A DNA stretch of 64,000 nucleotides from Hemiscyllium ocellatum (taxonomy: Eukaryota). Shown one piece after another: positions 61,016 to 64,000 of the stretch. The position numbers were made by a program, and so were the translations under genes. A model generated the notes under the pieces. That model saw only the letters and a list, made by a program, of their open reading frames with translations. It had not been told where the DNA came from and ran no database searches. The stretch spans positions 62,001 to 126,000 of the forward strand of contig NW_026867443.1 of assembly GCF_020745735.1 (NCBI RefSeq), written 5' to 3'. The first letter of the stretch is position 1, and every line of letters starts with the position of its first letter.

Positions 61016-64000
61016 CAGAAGAAGTTCTGAATTAGTGCAAGTGATCTCAAAAGCTGCTCAAAGTTTTCAACGTTTTCCTGAAAATCACAAATACAGTCCA
61101 TTTACATGAATAAAAATCAATTGTCCTTTCTGAAATAATTTAAAACCAAAAAATAAAATCAAGACTTATAATGAAGTAAGTGCAAGTATTTAAAATCCTC
61201 AATACATCTGCCTTCCACTTCAGTCATGCAGATATAGTCCTCCTCACTCAGAGGGAGTATTCAGTGTCTGCTATCAGCCATTGTTCAGAGTCTCAGAGCT
61301 AACATACACCAAACACATATCATTGCACCACTAGATATACTTTTTAAAAAGGTAAACGTAAGTGTAAATACAAATGCAAAATTGAATGTGCAATCTTCTT
61401 TGAATTCAAGTCCATGCTGCAGTTTGGATAAATAAATGGGATCTGGTTGTATATAAATAGGTCAGGAGAAAGGTTGGCACTTCTGGTATCCACATCCTGC
61501 CAATCGGCTGACTCCAGTAAGGATCGATATCCCAAACCACCTACTTATTGAGGAAATTTTATGCCAGATGTCAAAACTCAATCAGAGAGAGGGGTTTAGA
61601 GGCCGAGGTGGATTCTCTTCTGCTCGGGGCATGAGGTTTGGTTTTTTTCTGGAGTCCATAAATTGGCCGATGGCATGGCCCATGTTAGGATAACATGAGT
61701 TTTAACTGTTGCCCCTGAATCTGATTCAGTACATTTATTGTGTCTTTTATCAGAACTTCAAAAATATAATCTGCCAACTGCATCTTCACACAAAGCTCAT
61801 CCTCATCATAATTCACCCATTGGGCTTCCTCCTCATAAAGCTCTTGAACCTGCCAGAAAAAAAACAGAGGGGGTGTTATTGTTTTTATATCAAGATTTAT
61901 TTGTTACAGCTCTTTCCTCTCATACTTAGCAGTGTTTGCCCTGAAATCACTCAGACTACAGGCCTCCCATTTTCCTTGTGTCCAGTATCACACAAGTGGC
62001 CATTCCCACACAGCAAGTGGAGCTTGGACAGGAGTTTTGGAGTGCTCGCTGTGAGATCAATGGAGAGTCACTAGTTATTCTTGGACAAAACAATACCAAG
62101 GCTGAGAAGGTTAAGGACTGGCTACATAAATTAGGTCTGACCTGAATATTTCCAGCATTTTTTACTTTTATTTGATAAACGAGGCCTGCATTCTCTTGAG
62201 TAAAGATGACTAGGGGATGGATCTATAGAAGTGACTGAGATGATTAAACGATTTGACAGCGAAGGAAGTGAGAAACTAGTTCCTTTGGTGAGGCATGCCA
62301 GAAATAGGGCATGCAGGAAAATAAGACTTAGGTTGATTAGGGGGACGATGTGAAGAAGTCTTTTGCCACACAAACAATACTAAAATAATCTGGTTCCTTC
62401 CAGCCTTAAAAACTATTGTGACTGTTACAGCATTTCAATACGAGTGTTGACAGATATTTGTAAGGTCAAATAACAGTTCGGAAAAGTTAGGAGATCAATA
62501 TACAGAGGTAGATACAAATCAGCTATGATGAGGAGTACGAGAACAGACTGAAGGGTGCTGCTGGCTTAATCCTGTTCCTACCTGGTTTTGAATTTGATTA
62601 CAATGCCACAACTCCTCAAACCAGTGAGATCAATCACCAATATTGCCAGTAACATAATAAACGAGTGGAGATGTTTCACTCAGTATGCACAACCAGAAAG
62701 GAATACCCACCACAAGGAAAGAGCTGGTGAGTGTAACTGAATTACACGTTTTAACTTTAGGCTGGCCCTCTGCCCTGGTGTAGCTGTGGCCTGACGGTAT
62801 CACTACTTGAGCTGGTCCAGAGCAGAGACTTCCAACCTTTGCCTAATGGACGCACACTATCAGCTGGAAATGTTTGATCCAAAGAGGGAAAAAAAGCAAT
62901 GATTTGAAATTTTTGGCAAACCAAGCACCCAATTTTTTAAAACTTCAGTGTTGGGATGCATGTTGCCCCACCCCCCACCCCATTTCTCTTTGGAAAGATA
63001 TTTGTCTTGAAGTGCTACAGCCTGCGTGTTGAAGGTACTCCCACAGCACTGCAAGCTCAGGGATTCCAGGAGATTAACCATGTAAATATAAAAGGAAAGG
63101 TGATATCTGACCAAGACAAGGTGGTGGTGTGGCCTGAAGATAACGGTGTTCTTACAGACCTGTTAAACTCATCAATCTGCTGACACATGTTGTGCTGTGA
63201 CACACCAACACATGGGGAGGACTGGAAAGGTCTGCAAAAACTGTCTTCTAATTTTTCTATACTTTTCATTTTGGACTCAAATGGGGATAAAGCAATTTTA
63301 AAACCCAAGGATTGTTCAGGGATTGCTGGCACTTTTCAGTAGCAAGTTCCCTGACACGCACTAAGTGCTACTCACTTTCAAACAAGCTCCAGCCAAGGAC
63401 TGTGCTCAATGGGAGCTTCAGTCAATAGTTAGTAGCTAACTAGTCACTAGGCCACAGACAAATATCCTTCGGACAAAAACGGAGATTGGCTCCCAGGTAG
63501 CTGATCAGCCGAGGCTGTATACAAGTGAATTGAGAAATCACCAGATCTCCACAAGTTGAGGATCTGTCTCCGCAGTGAAAAGTCTGAAGAAAACCAGCTT
63601 CTTTTCTCTTCAGCACTTGCTGTAAGCTGTGGCTATTAATTGAGAAGTTACAGACTTGTACACATGTGAACTAGTCACCCTGTGCCTCCTGAAAACAAAT
63701 GGAAGCATCTGGAGAAGGAAGATCAAGGAACAGCATTCTGATCAGCACAAGGATTATCTCAAGAAAAGCGATCAATAGGTACCATGGAAGTACGTTCCCA
63801 GTCTTTCTCTTTATGCAAAACACCCAGTGCACTTTGTCCCTGTGTTTCTATCTGTGTATGTGTAATGAGGAATGCATGTGGGAGGGGTTGTTAGTTTTAG
63901 TTAGTAGTTATATGCCAGTGGTTGGTAATTATTTGCATTTTTTGTAACAAACTGTAACTCTTGTTAAGCAAAGAACCCTGAACTGTACTTTCTGTAAAAC

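Noticed and set aside
63300-64000. Possible LTR or promoter at the right edge (CCAAT-like ATTGG, T-rich tract)
   Set aside because: No second LTR, PBS or coding region in the window, so it cannot be supported.

Overview
Repeat-rich vertebrate DNA, almost certainly a cartilaginous fish (shark): the Ig genes are in cluster organisation and the SINE/CR1 families are elasmobranch-like. The main structure is a head-to-head inverted segmental duplication of a kappa-type (shark type III/NS4-like) immunoglobulin light-chain cluster. Arm A (~2.5-20.3 kb, minus strand) is an apparently intact split cluster: promoter, leader, V with 12-RSS, 494 bp, 23-RSS with J, an 11.4 kb intron, and C. Arm B (~27.5-43.5 kb, plus strand) has V and J already fused in the genomic sequence with no RSS. 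It is a pseudogene: three stops, an out-of-frame junction, and a mutated J donor, C acceptor and polyA signal. Divergence between the arms is strongly mosaic by hand alignment: a 388-nt promoter/leader island is ~99% identical, V carries clustered tandem substitutions, and ~140 nt just 3' of J is hyper-diverged. A 500-N gap separates the arms, so their relative orientation is unverified. The rest is TE-derived: a Penelope-like element, several ~200-bp target-site-flanked fold-back mini-elements with hammerhead-ribozyme cores, CR1/L2 LINEs, HE1 and Deu-type SINEs, one L1, and mini/microsatellites. TE boundaries are approximate. All alignments and counts were done by eye.
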